Part shown: positions 28,197 to 37,687 of the stretch, in pieces
Layout: each line of letters starts with the position of its first letter
Position numbering within the stretch: position 1 is the first letter of the stretch
NCBI GenBank assembly: GCA_963706955.1
Contig: CAVPOC010000009.1
Span: 1 to 64,000, forward strand
DNA from: an uncultured Verrucomicrobiae bacterium
GTDB taxonomy: Bacteria; Verrucomicrobiota; Verrucomicrobiia; Chthoniobacterales; Terrimicrobiaceae
Direction of reading: 5' to 3'
DNA: 64,000 nucleotides
Position numbers and translations under genes: made by a program
The notes under the pieces: generated by a model
What the model saw: the letters and a program-made list of their open reading frames with translations, nothing else
The model's database searches: none
Told to the model about the DNA's origin: nothing

Positions 28197-28344
28197 ACTT
28201 CACGGGTTTCCTGCGCAAGCGCATCCCGTCCGTCGCTACTTCGCTCGATATCCTCGGGTTGGCGGCGGAGCGCCCCCACCGCAATATTGCCGACTTCGAC
28301 CGAAGACATTGAGTGCAGAGCGGCAATCAGGTAGTAGTGATGTC

Positions 28345-28575
28345 ATGTCTGATGGCCATCTTGCCGAGCGCGCAGCCAAAGCGCAGAAAATAATCGCTGC
28401 ACCTGGCGATTTTAAGGTCTGCGAAGGTTGCGATTCAATCGTCGCGCGCCGGGTGGCCACATGTCCGAATTGCCACGGCTATCGATTTAACTCCAGCGAA
28501 GAGGAAATTGTTGCTCATGCCAAGCTTCTCGCTTCGCGCCCGCAGACGAGCGTCACCGAATCAGACATGGAGTAA
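28345..28575 (+). CDS. Small zinc-ribbon protein
   Basis: CEGC-x10-CPNC; 76 aa from ATG 28345. Confidence 0.75.
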   Translation: MSDGHLAERAAKAQKIIAAPGDFKVCEGCDSIVARRVATCPNCHGYRFNSSEEEIVAHAKLLASRPQTSVTESDME

Positions 28576-28591
28576 ACTCCTGCTCGAACGA

Positions 28592-29698
28592 TCATAGCTT
28601 CTCCAAGACCGCTACCACCTCGATCTCGCTGGTTTGCGGAAACATGTCCAAAGGGCAAACGCGTCCCAGGGTGTAGTCCCGCGCGAGGTACTTGAGGTCA
28701 CGAGCGAGGGTCGCCGGGTTGCAAGACACGTAGATGAGACGTTGCGGGCGCTTTGACGCGATCGTCTCAAGAACTTCTGCCTCGAGGCCAGTTTCCGGCG
28801 GGTCAAGCAGGAGCGTGGTGCCCTCAGAAGTGGCGGCTGCAAGTGCGGGCACCAGATGACGCTTTACATCTCCCAACAGATAAATTTCGCGTGGTCCGGC
28901 CTTTTCACGCGCGGCTCGGATTGCGTCGGTGCTCCATTCTATGCCAATGGTGTGCTCGAATAGATCGGCCAGCCGTTTCGCGAAGAAGCCGGCGCCACAG
29001 TAGGCGTCCACCAGCAGGCGATTGCCAGGTTTTGCTATTTGTTCGACGATTTCTAGCAGGCGCGCGGCGACGGCGTCGTTGACCTGCCGAAATCCGTGGT
29101 AGTCGGAGAATTCGCGCAGAGGATACGTGCCGTCCTTTGGTTGGGAGTTCCTCAGTTGGCGAAGCAGCGCGTTGACTTGTTCCTTCGCAATAGGGCATTC
29201 CTTCACTTCAACTATTCTGCGGCTTCGAGCACCGAAAAATCCCACCCGGCCTGACTCCGAGTGAACAGTGATCCGATTGCGATAGTGGAATTCCAACGGA
29301 GATGGAATGGTCGGCTCGACAGGGGCGGCCGGAATTCCCCCCAGGCGCTGCAGAACTTCGGCCACTTGCGCCGATTTTATGGCCAACTGTTTCGCATAGG
29401 CGACATGCTGGTAGTGGCATCCGCCGCAGCGACCAAAGACCGGGCAATTAGGGCGGACTCGGTCTTCGGAAGCTTCGATGACTTCGCTCAAGTCTGCTTG
29501 GACGTAACTTGTATGCGTCGAGCGGATGCGAGCCTTCACTTTCTCGCCGGGAATTACGAAGGGAATAAAGCAAACTTTGCCGTCGGTAAGCCGCCCAATC
29601 CCGCTGCCACCAAACGCAACTCGCTCAACCTGCACTACTACATCCTGACGGCAATCGCGCTTCGGTGTTCCGCGTGCATCGCGTGTTTTCCGCATCAT
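28592..29698 (-). CDS. TRAM-domain RNA (uracil-5)-methyltransferase, RlmD/TrmA family
   Basis: TRAM domain, CPVFGRCGGC, YRNR, FRQVN, DAYCGAG, LDPP, YVSCNPATLARD, DMFPQT..E. Confidence 0.92.
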   Translation of the reverse strand: MMRKTRDARGTPKRDCRQDVVVQVERVAFGGSGIGRLTDGKVCFIPFVIPGEKVKARIRSTHTSYVQADLSEVIEASEDRVRPNCPVFGRCGGCHYQHVAYAKQLAIKSAQVAEVLQRLGGIPAAPVEPTIPSPLEFHYRNRITVHSESGRVGFFGARSRRIVEVKECPIAKEQVNALLRQLRNSQPKDGTYPLREFSDYHGFRQVNDAVAARLLEIVEQIAKPGNRLLVDAYCGAGFFAKRLADLFEHTIGIEWSTDAIRAAREKAGPREIYLLGDVKRHLVPALAAATSEGTTLLLDPPETGLEAEVLETIASKRPQRLIYVSCNPATLARDLKYLARDYTLGRVCPLDMFPQTSEIEVVAVLEKL

Positions 29699-29903
29699 TT
29701 ACGTTCTTCGCTTGGCCTGAGGTGATTGTCCTCGGACAGTGCGCCTTCCACTACGTCAATGGACACTAGTCTCCAACCCGTCAAGTGCGCCTTCGGAGCT
29801 TCGCCATCGAAGAGCGAGATTTTTTGGATGGAGGCTTGCGGCGCATGCGGCTTGGTGCAGCCGGCCGTTAAGGACTGACTTCGGAGCTTCCCGCGCCAAG
29901 ACG

Positions 29904-29939
29904 AAAAAAAGAATCCCGCCCTCGACGGAGGGCGGGATT
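29904..29939 (-). terminator. Rho-independent terminator of the Hsp20 pair
   Basis: Perfect 12-bp stem (plus strand AATCCCGCCCTC-GACG-GAGGGCGGGATT), followed on the minus strand by C then U7. Confidence 0.88.
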
Positions 29940-29972
29940 GCTGCGGAGTGCGCCTGATGACAGGCGCTTCTT

Positions 29973-30341
29973 TCAACCAACAGTGATCTTTCGAGGCTTA
30001 ACAGCCTCGGTCTTTGGAAGATGGACGGTCAACAGACCTTGCTCTACGCGAGCACTGATCCGCGTCGCGTCGATGCTGGGATCCAGATCGAAGACGCGCC
30101 GGTAATCGCCCATTTTCCGCTCGCGATAGACAGGTCGTCCGAAGTCGTTCGCCGCGATGGTGCGGTGGCCACCAAGGATGAGCTTACCGTCTTCAACGGT
30201 TACCTCTACGCCTTGTTTGCCGACGCCAGGCATCTCGACCTCCAGAGTAAATCCGTCCGCATCTTGATGAAGATTCACAACCGGAGTGAAATACTCAACG
30301 CGCTGTCCCGCTTCAGCTTTAACTGGTGCTAATGTCGTCAT
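29973..30341 (-). CDS. Small heat-shock protein (Hsp20/alpha-crystallin)
   Basis: EMPGV, YRRVF, GLLTVHLPK, KPRKITV. Confidence 0.95.
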   Translation of the reverse strand: MTTLAPVKAEAGQRVEYFTPVVNLHQDADGFTLEVEMPGVGKQGVEVTVEDGKLILGGHRTIAANDFGRPVYRERKMGDYRRVFDLDPSIDATRISARVEQGLLTVHLPKTEAVKPRKITVG

Positions 30342-30389
30342 AATCGGTAAAGTTTCGTCTTACCGGTCGTTGGACCGGCCAGACTTTGT

Positions 30390-30842
30390 TCAGTTTAGTT
30401 CAACTTGGATCTTCTTGGGTTTGGCCTCTTCAGCCTTTGCCAAGGTGACCGTAAGGATACCATCCTCGTAAGTTGCCTTGACTCCCTCTGCGTTTACGGC
30501 CGAAGGCAAGGTAATGCTGCGGCCAAAGGCGCCAAATGATCGCTCGTTGCGCAGACTCTCGCCCTCGCGCTCTTCGCTCTTGAACTTGCGCTCGCCGGAA
30601 ATGGTGAGCACGCCGTCATGCAAAGAAATATCGAAGTCTTCCTTCTTCATGCCGGCGGCCTCGAGTTGAACGGTGACCTTGCTGTCGTCCTCGAACAGGT
30701 CCAACGCCGGAGCCCACCCCGATCCAAGTTCGGGAGAAGTGCTCGCCAACTGGAACGCCGAATCCAACAGGTCCCGCAATGAAGACAACCGGTCGAATGG
30801 CCATCCTGCCAATTCAGGGGTTCTGTATCGTATAATACTCAT
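30390..30842 (-). CDS. Small heat-shock protein (Hsp20/alpha-crystallin)
   Basis: WAPALD, ERSFGAFGRSITLP, ATYEDGILTV, KPKKIQV; AGGAG SD. Confidence 0.96.
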   Translation of the reverse strand: MSIIRYRTPELAGWPFDRLSSLRDLLDSAFQLASTSPELGSGWAPALDLFEDDSKVTVQLEAAGMKKEDFDISLHDGVLTISGERKFKSEEREGESLRNERSFGAFGRSITLPSAVNAEGVKATYEDGILTVTLAKAEEAKPKKIQVELN

Positions 30843-31028
30843 AAGTATCTCCTTTCTATTCTTATTTAGCCGGAATCATACCAGAACATGAATGACGGGA
30901 AATTTATGGATAAATTACACATTATCAATTGTTTATTCGTAAACATGTCCGTGCGGCGTTTTGCATTGTGTGTCATATAGTCACATTCAGGCGCACTATA
31001 TGATGCCAACTATAGCGACATAATGTCA

Positions 31029-32015
31029 CTACATATTCAAGGTAGAATCGATGTGAGAGCCAAAGTTGGAGACGGTCATGATGATGCGCCACCCGGTAAA
31101 TACTACGACGGAAAGGTAGAGGACACGCGGCGACCACTCTGCGAAGGCATCGAGACTTTGGAAGGTTTGCTGCTTAAAGAATTCGGCGGCGCGCCGCGAT
31201 TCTTCGTCGAGCCGTCCAGCATGTTCTCCGACCTCGATTGAGCGCAGAAGAGCCTCAGAAAAGTCAGGCTGCTTTCGAAACGCTTCGCTCAACCTTTCAC
31301 CGTGCTTGACACGCGCGAGCGCGGCGGTCGTGCTCGCTCGGAGGGCAGCATTCTCGCAAGCTGTTCCGGCCATCTCGAATGCCCGCAGGAGACTTCCGCC
31401 CGCTGCAATATAAAGCGAAAGAACGGACGAAAACTTCCAAAGAGTCCAATTGAGGAGAAAGCGTCCTAGCACCGGAATTCGGATGATCGCCGTTGCAGAC
31501 GTGGAGTCGCGCGAAAGCAAACTGCGCGCAATTCGCCAAAGAACCGCTCCGAGCAGAATAGAAAGGTAAAACCCCAGGAGAATTGGCAAAGATTGAGCAA
31601 AAAACGTGGTCCAGCCGCCGTCCAAGAGCGCTGGGGGGATCGCCAGCAGGATCGCTGCAAGATGCAGGACGAGCACCGGATAGATCGACTTGGCGATGAC
31701 GATGCGTCGCGCTTGCCCGAGCTGAGCATAGAATTCAGCCAACTCGACGAAGACTGCATCGAGCCGGCCACTCGCCTCTCCCGCCTGGATAATGGCGGCA
31801 TCGCTTTGCGAAAAACCCGCTCGGCGAAATGCTTCACCAACATTCTCCGAGGCTTGGAGAGAAGCCATGAGAGCCTTCAGACAACCGCCGACTCGACGAT
31901 CTGCGTTGCGCGCGAGGATTTCGAAAGCTTGTCCAAGGGGCAGACCGCTCCTGGAAAATTGGGCTAGCGCGTGAAAAAGTTGCTCCCGCTGCCGCAAGCT
32001 GAGGGCGTCCATCAA
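31029..32015 (-). CDS. Type II secretion F / PilC-family platform protein
   Basis: Two T2SSF repeats (IIQAGEASGRLD; IEVGEHAGRLD) and IRIPVLG. Confidence 0.88.
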   Translation of the reverse strand: MMDALSLRQREQLFHALAQFSRSGLPLGQAFEILARNADRRVGGCLKALMASLQASENVGEAFRRAGFSQSDAAIIQAGEASGRLDAVFVELAEFYAQLGQARRIVIAKSIYPVLVLHLAAILLAIPPALLDGGWTTFFAQSLPILLGFYLSILLGAVLWRIARSLLSRDSTSATAIIRIPVLGRFLLNWTLWKFSSVLSLYIAAGGSLLRAFEMAGTACENAALRASTTAALARVKHGERLSEAFRKQPDFSEALLRSIEVGEHAGRLDEESRRAAEFFKQQTFQSLDAFAEWSPRVLYLSVVVFTGWRIIMTVSNFGSHIDSTLNM

Positions 32016-32093
32016 GGCAAGTGTGAGCTGGAGAGGTTTTCAGCTCAAGTTTTCGATTGATCGCAGGAGAGATGATGCCGACGCTGCCACTCC

Positions 32094-33104
32094 ATGCCGG
32101 CAGATGAAGAATTCATGCGCGAGGCGATCCGTCAGGCGCGCAAGGGTGTGGGTGCCACCCACCCAAACCCTGCCGTGGGCGCCGTGATAGTGTCCGAGGA
32201 AACTATCGTCGCAAGGGGCTGGCATCGAGCAGCTGGAACCAACCACGCTGAAATCGAGGCTTTGGGAAGAGCACGCCAGAGAGCCCATGGCGCTACCCTC
32301 TACGTAACGCTCGAGCCCTGCTCGACTCAAGGTCGAACGCCACCGTGCACCCACGCCATCGTTGAAGCCGGGATTGCGCGAGTGGTCTATGGGGCGACCG
32401 ATCCAAATCCCAAGCATTGCGGACGCGCCGCCACATTTCTTTCGCGCGCCGGCATCGAAGTTTGCGCGGGCGTGCTCGCCGAGCCGTGCGCAGCCTTGAA
32501 TACTGAATGGAACAAGTGGATCTCCGGAGGAATGCCGTATGTGATCGCCAAGGCGGCGATGACCCTGGATGGACGCATCAATTCCCCGCCCGAAAGTCGT
32601 TGGATTACAAGTGAGGCTTCCCGCCAGGATGCGATGAAACTTCGCAGTCGTGTGCAGGCGATTTTAGTGGGAGGTGGAACTATCCGCGTGGATGATCCGC
32701 AACTGACCGTCCGAGGGCCTTCGCCGAGGTCTCAGCCATGGCGCGTGGTTTGGAGCCGATCCGGGCGACTCCCTCCGACCGCCAAAATCCTCACCGATCA
32801 GTATCGGGATCGAACCCTCGTCATGAAAGGGATGAGCTTGCGGTCGGCTTTGCGCGAACTGGGATCCCGAGAGATAGCCGCTGTTCTCATCGAAGGAGGA
32901 GGGCGAGTCATAGGCGAGGCTTTCGATGCTTCGCTCGTAGACGAAGTCTGCTTCTATATGGCGCCAATCCTTGCGGGTGGTGCCACCCCCGTCACCGGCG
33001 GCCGGGGTGTTCGGGACAACGAGCACGCAGTCCGACTCGGTTCTGTCCTTTTTAAGCGCATCGGTTCAGACGTGCGGCTGACGGCGACCGTCCTCAAAAA
33101 GTGA
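32094..33104 (+). CDS. ribD: Bifunctional riboflavin deaminase/reductase
   Basis: PNPAVGAVIV, HAE, YVTLEPC...TPPC, KAAMTLDG, VLIEGG. Confidence 0.96.
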   Translation: MPADEEFMREAIRQARKGVGATHPNPAVGAVIVSEETIVARGWHRAAGTNHAEIEALGRARQRAHGATLYVTLEPCSTQGRTPPCTHAIVEAGIARVVYGATDPNPKHCGRAATFLSRAGIEVCAGVLAEPCAALNTEWNKWISGGMPYVIAKAAMTLDGRINSPPESRWITSEASRQDAMKLRSRVQAILVGGGTIRVDDPQLTVRGPSPRSQPWRVVWSRSGRLPPTAKILTDQYRDRTLVMKGMSLRSALRELGSREIAAVLIEGGGRVIGEAFDASLVDEVCFYMAPILAGGATPVTGGRGVRDNEHAVRLGSVLFKRIGSDVRLTATVLKK

Positions 33105-35667
33105 TCGGCTCCGGCGTCGGCGCCTGGATGCTCGGAGCATCCATCGGCGAGTCCAGTGGGCGCACTGCCTCTGCCTTGCGGATCTCAGGCTCCGCTGAGG
33201 GACGAACGTCCGTCGGATGTGCTGCGTCCGAGGCTTTGGCAACAGCGTTGCTAACCTCTTGCACGTCGGCGGCATTGACCGGAATCGCGCGGGCGATGGG
33301 AATTGCGTCCTCAAAGGGATGTCCCGCAGGTCGCACAGCTCCGTAAACATCGTTAAGTCCCAGAATCGTCGGCGTCATGACAGCTATCGGTCGCACCGTT
33401 GAGAGGTCGATGGCCGTAGCTGCTCTCGGCCATTCTTCCTGGTCATACTCTCGCGCGTAGCTGCGAACTCCACCGCCATGAATGTTGCAGCGTTCCTTGG
33501 GGACCTGGGCCGCCGTGCCGTACTCGTTAAAAGTGCCCGAGCCTGGACCGTCAGTGCTCGAGTCCCGCAAACATCTTGGTGTCGCCAACAATCCGGAACG
33601 ACGGCAGATCTCAACAGCTTTCAAGGTGCCGGGTTTGTCGAATTTCACCGGAGGAAATTCCTCGGAAGCAATGTTCATGATCTTTGTCCAGATCGGCAGG
33701 GCGAGGTCCTTTCCGAAGGCTCCGCGGTAAATTCGGGTGGGGCGATCAAATCCCACCCACACGCCGCAGGTCACCCCGCTGCTGTAACCAAAGAAATACG
33801 TGTCGGTGAAGTTGTAGGCCGTGCCCGTTTTTCCAGCAACTGGCATGTCTTTCAACCCGAGTTCGGCGAAAGCGATGGAGGCGGCACCCGTGCGCAAAGC
33901 AGCCTCCAGTCCTTCAGTGACCTGCCAGGCTGCCTCGCGACTAATCGCTTTTACGGTCTGCGGTTCCGCTTTGAAGATTTGCTTACCCTCAGCGTTGGCC
34001 ATTTTTTCGATGATGTGAGGCTGCTTGGCCCTCGAGCCACCATTTGCGAAGACAGTATAGGCCAAGGTAATCTCCTCGAGGGTGGCCTCGCTGCTCCCGA
34101 GAAAGGCGTTGGCATAGTTGCGCAGCGGGGAGGTAATCCCCGCACTGAGAGCAGTTGACTTGACCTGGTCCAAGCCGATTCGCAAACCGAGGCGCACGGC
34201 GGCGGCATTCTTGCCTTTCGCGAGCGCCTCGCGCGCCGGAATCGGACCTTCGTATTCGTTCTGCTCACGCTCGACGCCCCATTCCCCCAGAATGCCGGAA
34301 TCACCGCCGACCATTACATACCGATTATCCAGACAGGAGTCGTCGACCGTGGACCCGGGAAAGATCCCTTTTTCATAGGCCGCGGCATAAACAATCGGCG
34401 TGAAGGCCGTCCCGATGGGGCGGCGGGCCATGGTCGCACGGTTATATTCGCTATGTTTAAAATCTCTGCCCCCGACCATAGCAAGAATACCGGCCGTCGA
34501 GTTTTCGAGCGCCATCACCGCGCCTTGCAAATACTTCGGTTCCGGCAACTTCAAGAGCACATTGCCGCGATTCAGCTCCTCTTCGATAGGCTTGGCGAGT
34601 TTCCGGTAGTCGTCAAAGGTCCCGTGATCATACCCGGGTTGGGTTTCGATCTTGGCAAGCAATTCACGCACCGCGAGTTCAGCTGCTCTCTGCACCTTCA
34701 AATCAAGCGTGGTGTAAATGTGAAAGCCTCCATTCATCGCGCGTCGGTATCCCAGGGCGGCGATCGCTTGTTGCCGGATGTAGTCGATGGCGTAGGAAAC
34801 CTTGAAGGGGTTTGTCCTCTTCATGACATACAGAGGAAGCCCAACTTGCTCTTTGTAGTCGGCTTTCGATATCAAACCTTGCTCTCTCATACGCTTGAGC
34901 ACGAAATCGCGAGCCATCTTCGCCCCTTCCTTATTGTTCCATGGAGAGAGCGTCTGTGGACTCTTTAGCAAGCCGGCAAGCATCGCGCATTGGCCGATGT
35001 CGAGATCCTTGGCGCTCCGTCCAAAGTACCCGCGGGCGGCGGCCTCCACCCCATAGAAGCCACTTCCAAAGTAAACGCGGTTAAGATACAGCTCCATGAT
35101 CTTGCCCTTGGAAAATTTCTGCTCGATGCGGCGGGCCAGAAACATCTCAACAAGTTTGCGCTGGTAGGTCCGCTCCCGCAGCTCGAAGGAATTGCGTGCC
35201 AGCTGCTGGGTCACCGTGCTGGCTCCCTGCGAAATCTTCCCCCGCCGATAGTTCGCCAGTGCCGCCCGTAAGACCCCGATGTAGTCCACTCCATGGTGCT
35301 GGAAGAACTTGTTGTCCTCCGCCGCGACAACCGCCTTGACCATCGCTGGAGAAATCCTGTCCAAAGAAACCGGGTTCCGGTTCTGAATGAAGATCTTGCC
35401 CAGCTCTTTGCCCTGCCGATCGTAAATTATTGAAGCGGCTTCCATCCGCTCCAACTGCGTTAAATCGTATTCTGCTGCCCGCCGTTCGAAACGCACATTG
35501 AGAAAAACCCAGAACAGCCATCCGGTCAGAGCTGCAACCACCATCAACGCGATGGGACCATAAAACCACCACCGCAAGAAAAACGGCTTCTTGCGCCACT
35601 GCCGTCGAAGCGACTCCCAACTCAATAGTCCTAGTCTAATGGCGCTTATCTCCCACGTTTGACCCAA
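33094..35667 (-). CDS. Class A penicillin-binding protein (transglycosylase/transpeptidase)
   Basis: EDNKF..HHGVD, GASTVTQQLAR, YLNRVYFG, KTGT. Start codon uncertain. Confidence 0.9.
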   Translation of the reverse strand: MGQTWEISAIRLGLLSWESLRRQWRKKPFFLRWWFYGPIALMVVAALTGWLFWVFLNVRFERRAAEYDLTQLERMEAASIIYDRQGKELGKIFIQNRNPVSLDRISPAMVKAVVAAEDNKFFQHHGVDYIGVLRAALANYRRGKISQGASTVTQQLARNSFELRERTYQRKLVEMFLARRIEQKFSKGKIMELYLNRVYFGSGFYGVEAAARGYFGRSAKDLDIGQCAMLAGLLKSPQTLSPWNNKEGAKMARDFVLKRMREQGLISKADYKEQVGLPLYVMKRTNPFKVSYAIDYIRQQAIAALGYRRAMNGGFHIYTTLDLKVQRAAELAVRELLAKIETQPGYDHGTFDDYRKLAKPIEEELNRGNVLLKLPEPKYLQGAVMALENSTAGILAMVGGRDFKHSEYNRATMARRPIGTAFTPIVYAAAYEKGIFPGSTVDDSCLDNRYVMVGGDSGILGEWGVEREQNEYEGPIPAREALAKGKNAAAVRLGLRIGLDQVKSTALSAGITSPLRNYANAFLGSSEATLEEITLAYTVFANGGSRAKQPHIIEKMANAEGKQIFKAEPQTVKAISREAAWQVTEGLEAALRTGAASIAFAELGLKDMPVAGKTGTAYNFTDTYFFGYSSGVTCGVWVGFDRPTRIYRGAFGKDLALPIWTKIMNIASEEFPPVKFDKPGTLKAVEICRRSGLLATPRCLRDSSTDGPGSGTFNEYGTAAQVPKERCNIHGGGVRSYAREYDQEEWPRAATAIDLSTVRPIAVMTPTILGLNDVYGAVRPAGHPFEDAIPIARAIPVNAADVQEVSNAVAKASDAAHPTDVRPSAEPEIRKAEAVRPLDSPMDAPSIQAPTPEPITF

Positions 35668-35775
35668 AGGTTCAAACCCGAAAAACCGAAAAACATGCCA
35701 AAAACTCTATTTGTTGAGATTGCAAGTTATTTGCGCTTGACTTGTGAGGGCGAGAAGGGAGTCTCGGCGGCCGCC

Positions 35776-37203
35776 ATGAAAACGATTTTCTTGTTCCTTT
35801 TGCTTCTCGGGGTCAGCTTTTCAGGTTCCTTTGCTGAGGAGGCTGCCGTCCCCCCAAAGAGAAGCGCCGATCTTACATCGTGGATGGATGGGGACTATGG
35901 AACCGGCACTTGGTTGGGCGCACGGATTGGACTGGAGGACAAGGGGTTGACGATTTCCGGTGGGTATACAGCCGAGGTTTGGGGGAATACGACGGGAGGA
36001 CTCAAGCGAGGCGCCGTCTATACGGGACTACTCGATTTCGGTGCAGAGTTGGATCTTGAGGAGGTTATCGGCTGGAAAGGAGCCAGCGTAAGCACGACGT
36101 GGCTCTGGCTCAGCGGACGGGACGCTTCGGAGGACCTTGTCGGGAACTTTCTTACCATATCCAATATTGCCGGCTTCAACACGCTGCGGATGCTGGAATT
36201 GTGGTTTCAGCAAGATTTCTTCCAGGGCGGAGATGATGCCCCGCCGGGCCTCTCGATACGCGTTGGGCAGTTCACTGCCGACAGTGAGTTCGTAATTTCC
36301 GATTACGGCGCTCTTTTCACGAACGGCAGTTTTGGATGGCCGGCCTTTCTCTACACCAACATTCCCGCGGGAGGCCCGGGTTACCCGATGGGCGCTCTTG
36401 GCGTCCGCGTCGCCGCTAATCCGTGGGAATGGTTGACTCTGCAAAGCGCTGTTTTTGAGGGCAACGTCTTCGATCAGAACGTTAACCGCCATGGATTCAG
36501 GTGGGACCTCAATGCCAACCAGGGTTACTTCTGGCTGAACGAGCTCCAAGTGCGCTGGCACCATAGTAACCCAAAGAGACTGCCGGGTCAGGCTAAGTTT
36601 GGCGCCTGGTTCCACACGGCGGACTTTGCAGACCCCTTTTACGACGAGGATGGGATTCCCCTGGCTGAGGAGGATTCGAGCGGCAATCCGCTCACCCACC
36701 AGTGGAATTATGGATTCTACTGGATTCTCGACCAGATGCTTTACCGTGAACCCCGCAAGACCGAGCCGGTAGCCAGTGTTCTGGGCACGGACGGAAAGTC
36801 GGTCGCCCCGTCAAAGGCAAGCATAGCCGCTGAGGAGGAGGAGGCTTCCGATCAGGGACTCGGCTGGTTTGGGCGCATCGCTTTCGGCCCGCAGGATCGT
36901 AATTTCGTGGGATTCTACGTCGAGAGCGGGCTTGTTTATACGGGCGCCATCCCGACCCGTGACGAGGATCAAGTCGGTGTAGGCTTCGCCTATGCCCAGC
37001 TGACCAATGGCGCCCGACGGACCTTGGAGCTGGAGGGCTCGCGTGGAGTCGGTGCGGAAATGGTCCTCGAGGTCACCTATCAACTCAATCTCACCAAGTG
37101 GCTGTATGTTAAGCCGAACGCGCAATTTATCATCAATCCCGGTGGCACTCAGGATCTGGGCAATGCCTTTGTTATCGGTGGCCGCGTGTCGGTGAACTTC
37201 TAG
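35776..37203 (+). CDS. OprB-family carbohydrate-selective porin
   Basis: Signal peptide from ATG 35776; GTWLGAR, ELWFQQ, RVGQF..DSEF, QFIINPGG; C-terminal Phe. Confidence 0.9.
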   Translation: MKTIFLFLLLLGVSFSGSFAEEAAVPPKRSADLTSWMDGDYGTGTWLGARIGLEDKGLTISGGYTAEVWGNTTGGLKRGAVYTGLLDFGAELDLEEVIGWKGASVSTTWLWLSGRDASEDLVGNFLTISNIAGFNTLRMLELWFQQDFFQGGDDAPPGLSIRVGQFTADSEFVISDYGALFTNGSFGWPAFLYTNIPAGGPGYPMGALGVRVAANPWEWLTLQSAVFEGNVFDQNVNRHGFRWDLNANQGYFWLNELQVRWHHSNPKRLPGQAKFGAWFHTADFADPFYDEDGIPLAEEDSSGNPLTHQWNYGFYWILDQMLYREPRKTEPVASVLGTDGKSVAPSKASIAAEEEEASDQGLGWFGRIAFGPQDRNFVGFYVESGLVYTGAIPTRDEDQVGVGFAYAQLTNGARRTLELEGSRGVGAEMVLEVTYQLNLTKWLYVKPNAQFIINPGGTQDLGNAFVIGGRVSVNF

Positions 37204-37267
37204 TTGAGGCGCGGCCGCGGTTCGGACGCGGAATCCAACCTTCCGTTGGGGGCGTCCACGCCTCGGA

Positions 37268-37687
37268 TCAAGCGAGTCTTCCTTCGTCGGCGTCGATGTA
37301 GTCAAACATGGTTTGAATGTCATCGCGATTGGCGAGGCCGCTTTCTCGCTTCCGTTGCTCGAGCATGGCCGTGCCTTCATCCTTCCAGCCGCGTTTTCGC
37401 ATGAATTCGTTCCAGACGTAGATCTGCTCGGGATTCGGCTGTTGACCGGTAGAAAAGCACCACTCGAGAACAGTCAGATCGTCCGAACTTTCGGTGACTT
37501 TCCTGGCGAGGTCTTCGTACGACACCTGGAGAAAGTCTACACATCGCTTGTCGAAACCCACGCCGAGATTCTGATGTAAATCGTGATGGAGCTGTTCGGT
37601 GAGTTTGAGGCGAATCTTGTCGAGCATGCGCCCGAAATAGACGATGCCACCAACTTTCTCATGGGGACTGCGCGGATAGGTCATCAA
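37268..37687 (-). CDS. DUF5069-like protein
   Basis: PRSP...GGIVYFGRMLDKIR...FD pattern; overlaps the lspA stop codon. Confidence 0.75.
   Translation of the reverse strand: MMTYPRSPHEKVGGIVYFGRMLDKIRLKLTEQLHHDLHQNLGVGFDKRCVDFLQVSYEDLARKVTESSDDLTVLEWCFSTGQQPNPEQIYVWNEFMRKRGWKDEGTAMLEQRKRESGLANRDDIQTMFDYIDADEGRLA

Noticed and set aside
30991..31009. TTGGCATCATATAGTGC as a sigma54 promoter for Hsp20
   Set aside because: GG-N11-GC spacing is off by one.
37206..37265. Branched hairpin between convergent porin and DUF5069 genes as a REP element or ncRNA
   Set aside because: Single copy in the window, imperfect and without a U tract; at most a weak terminator.
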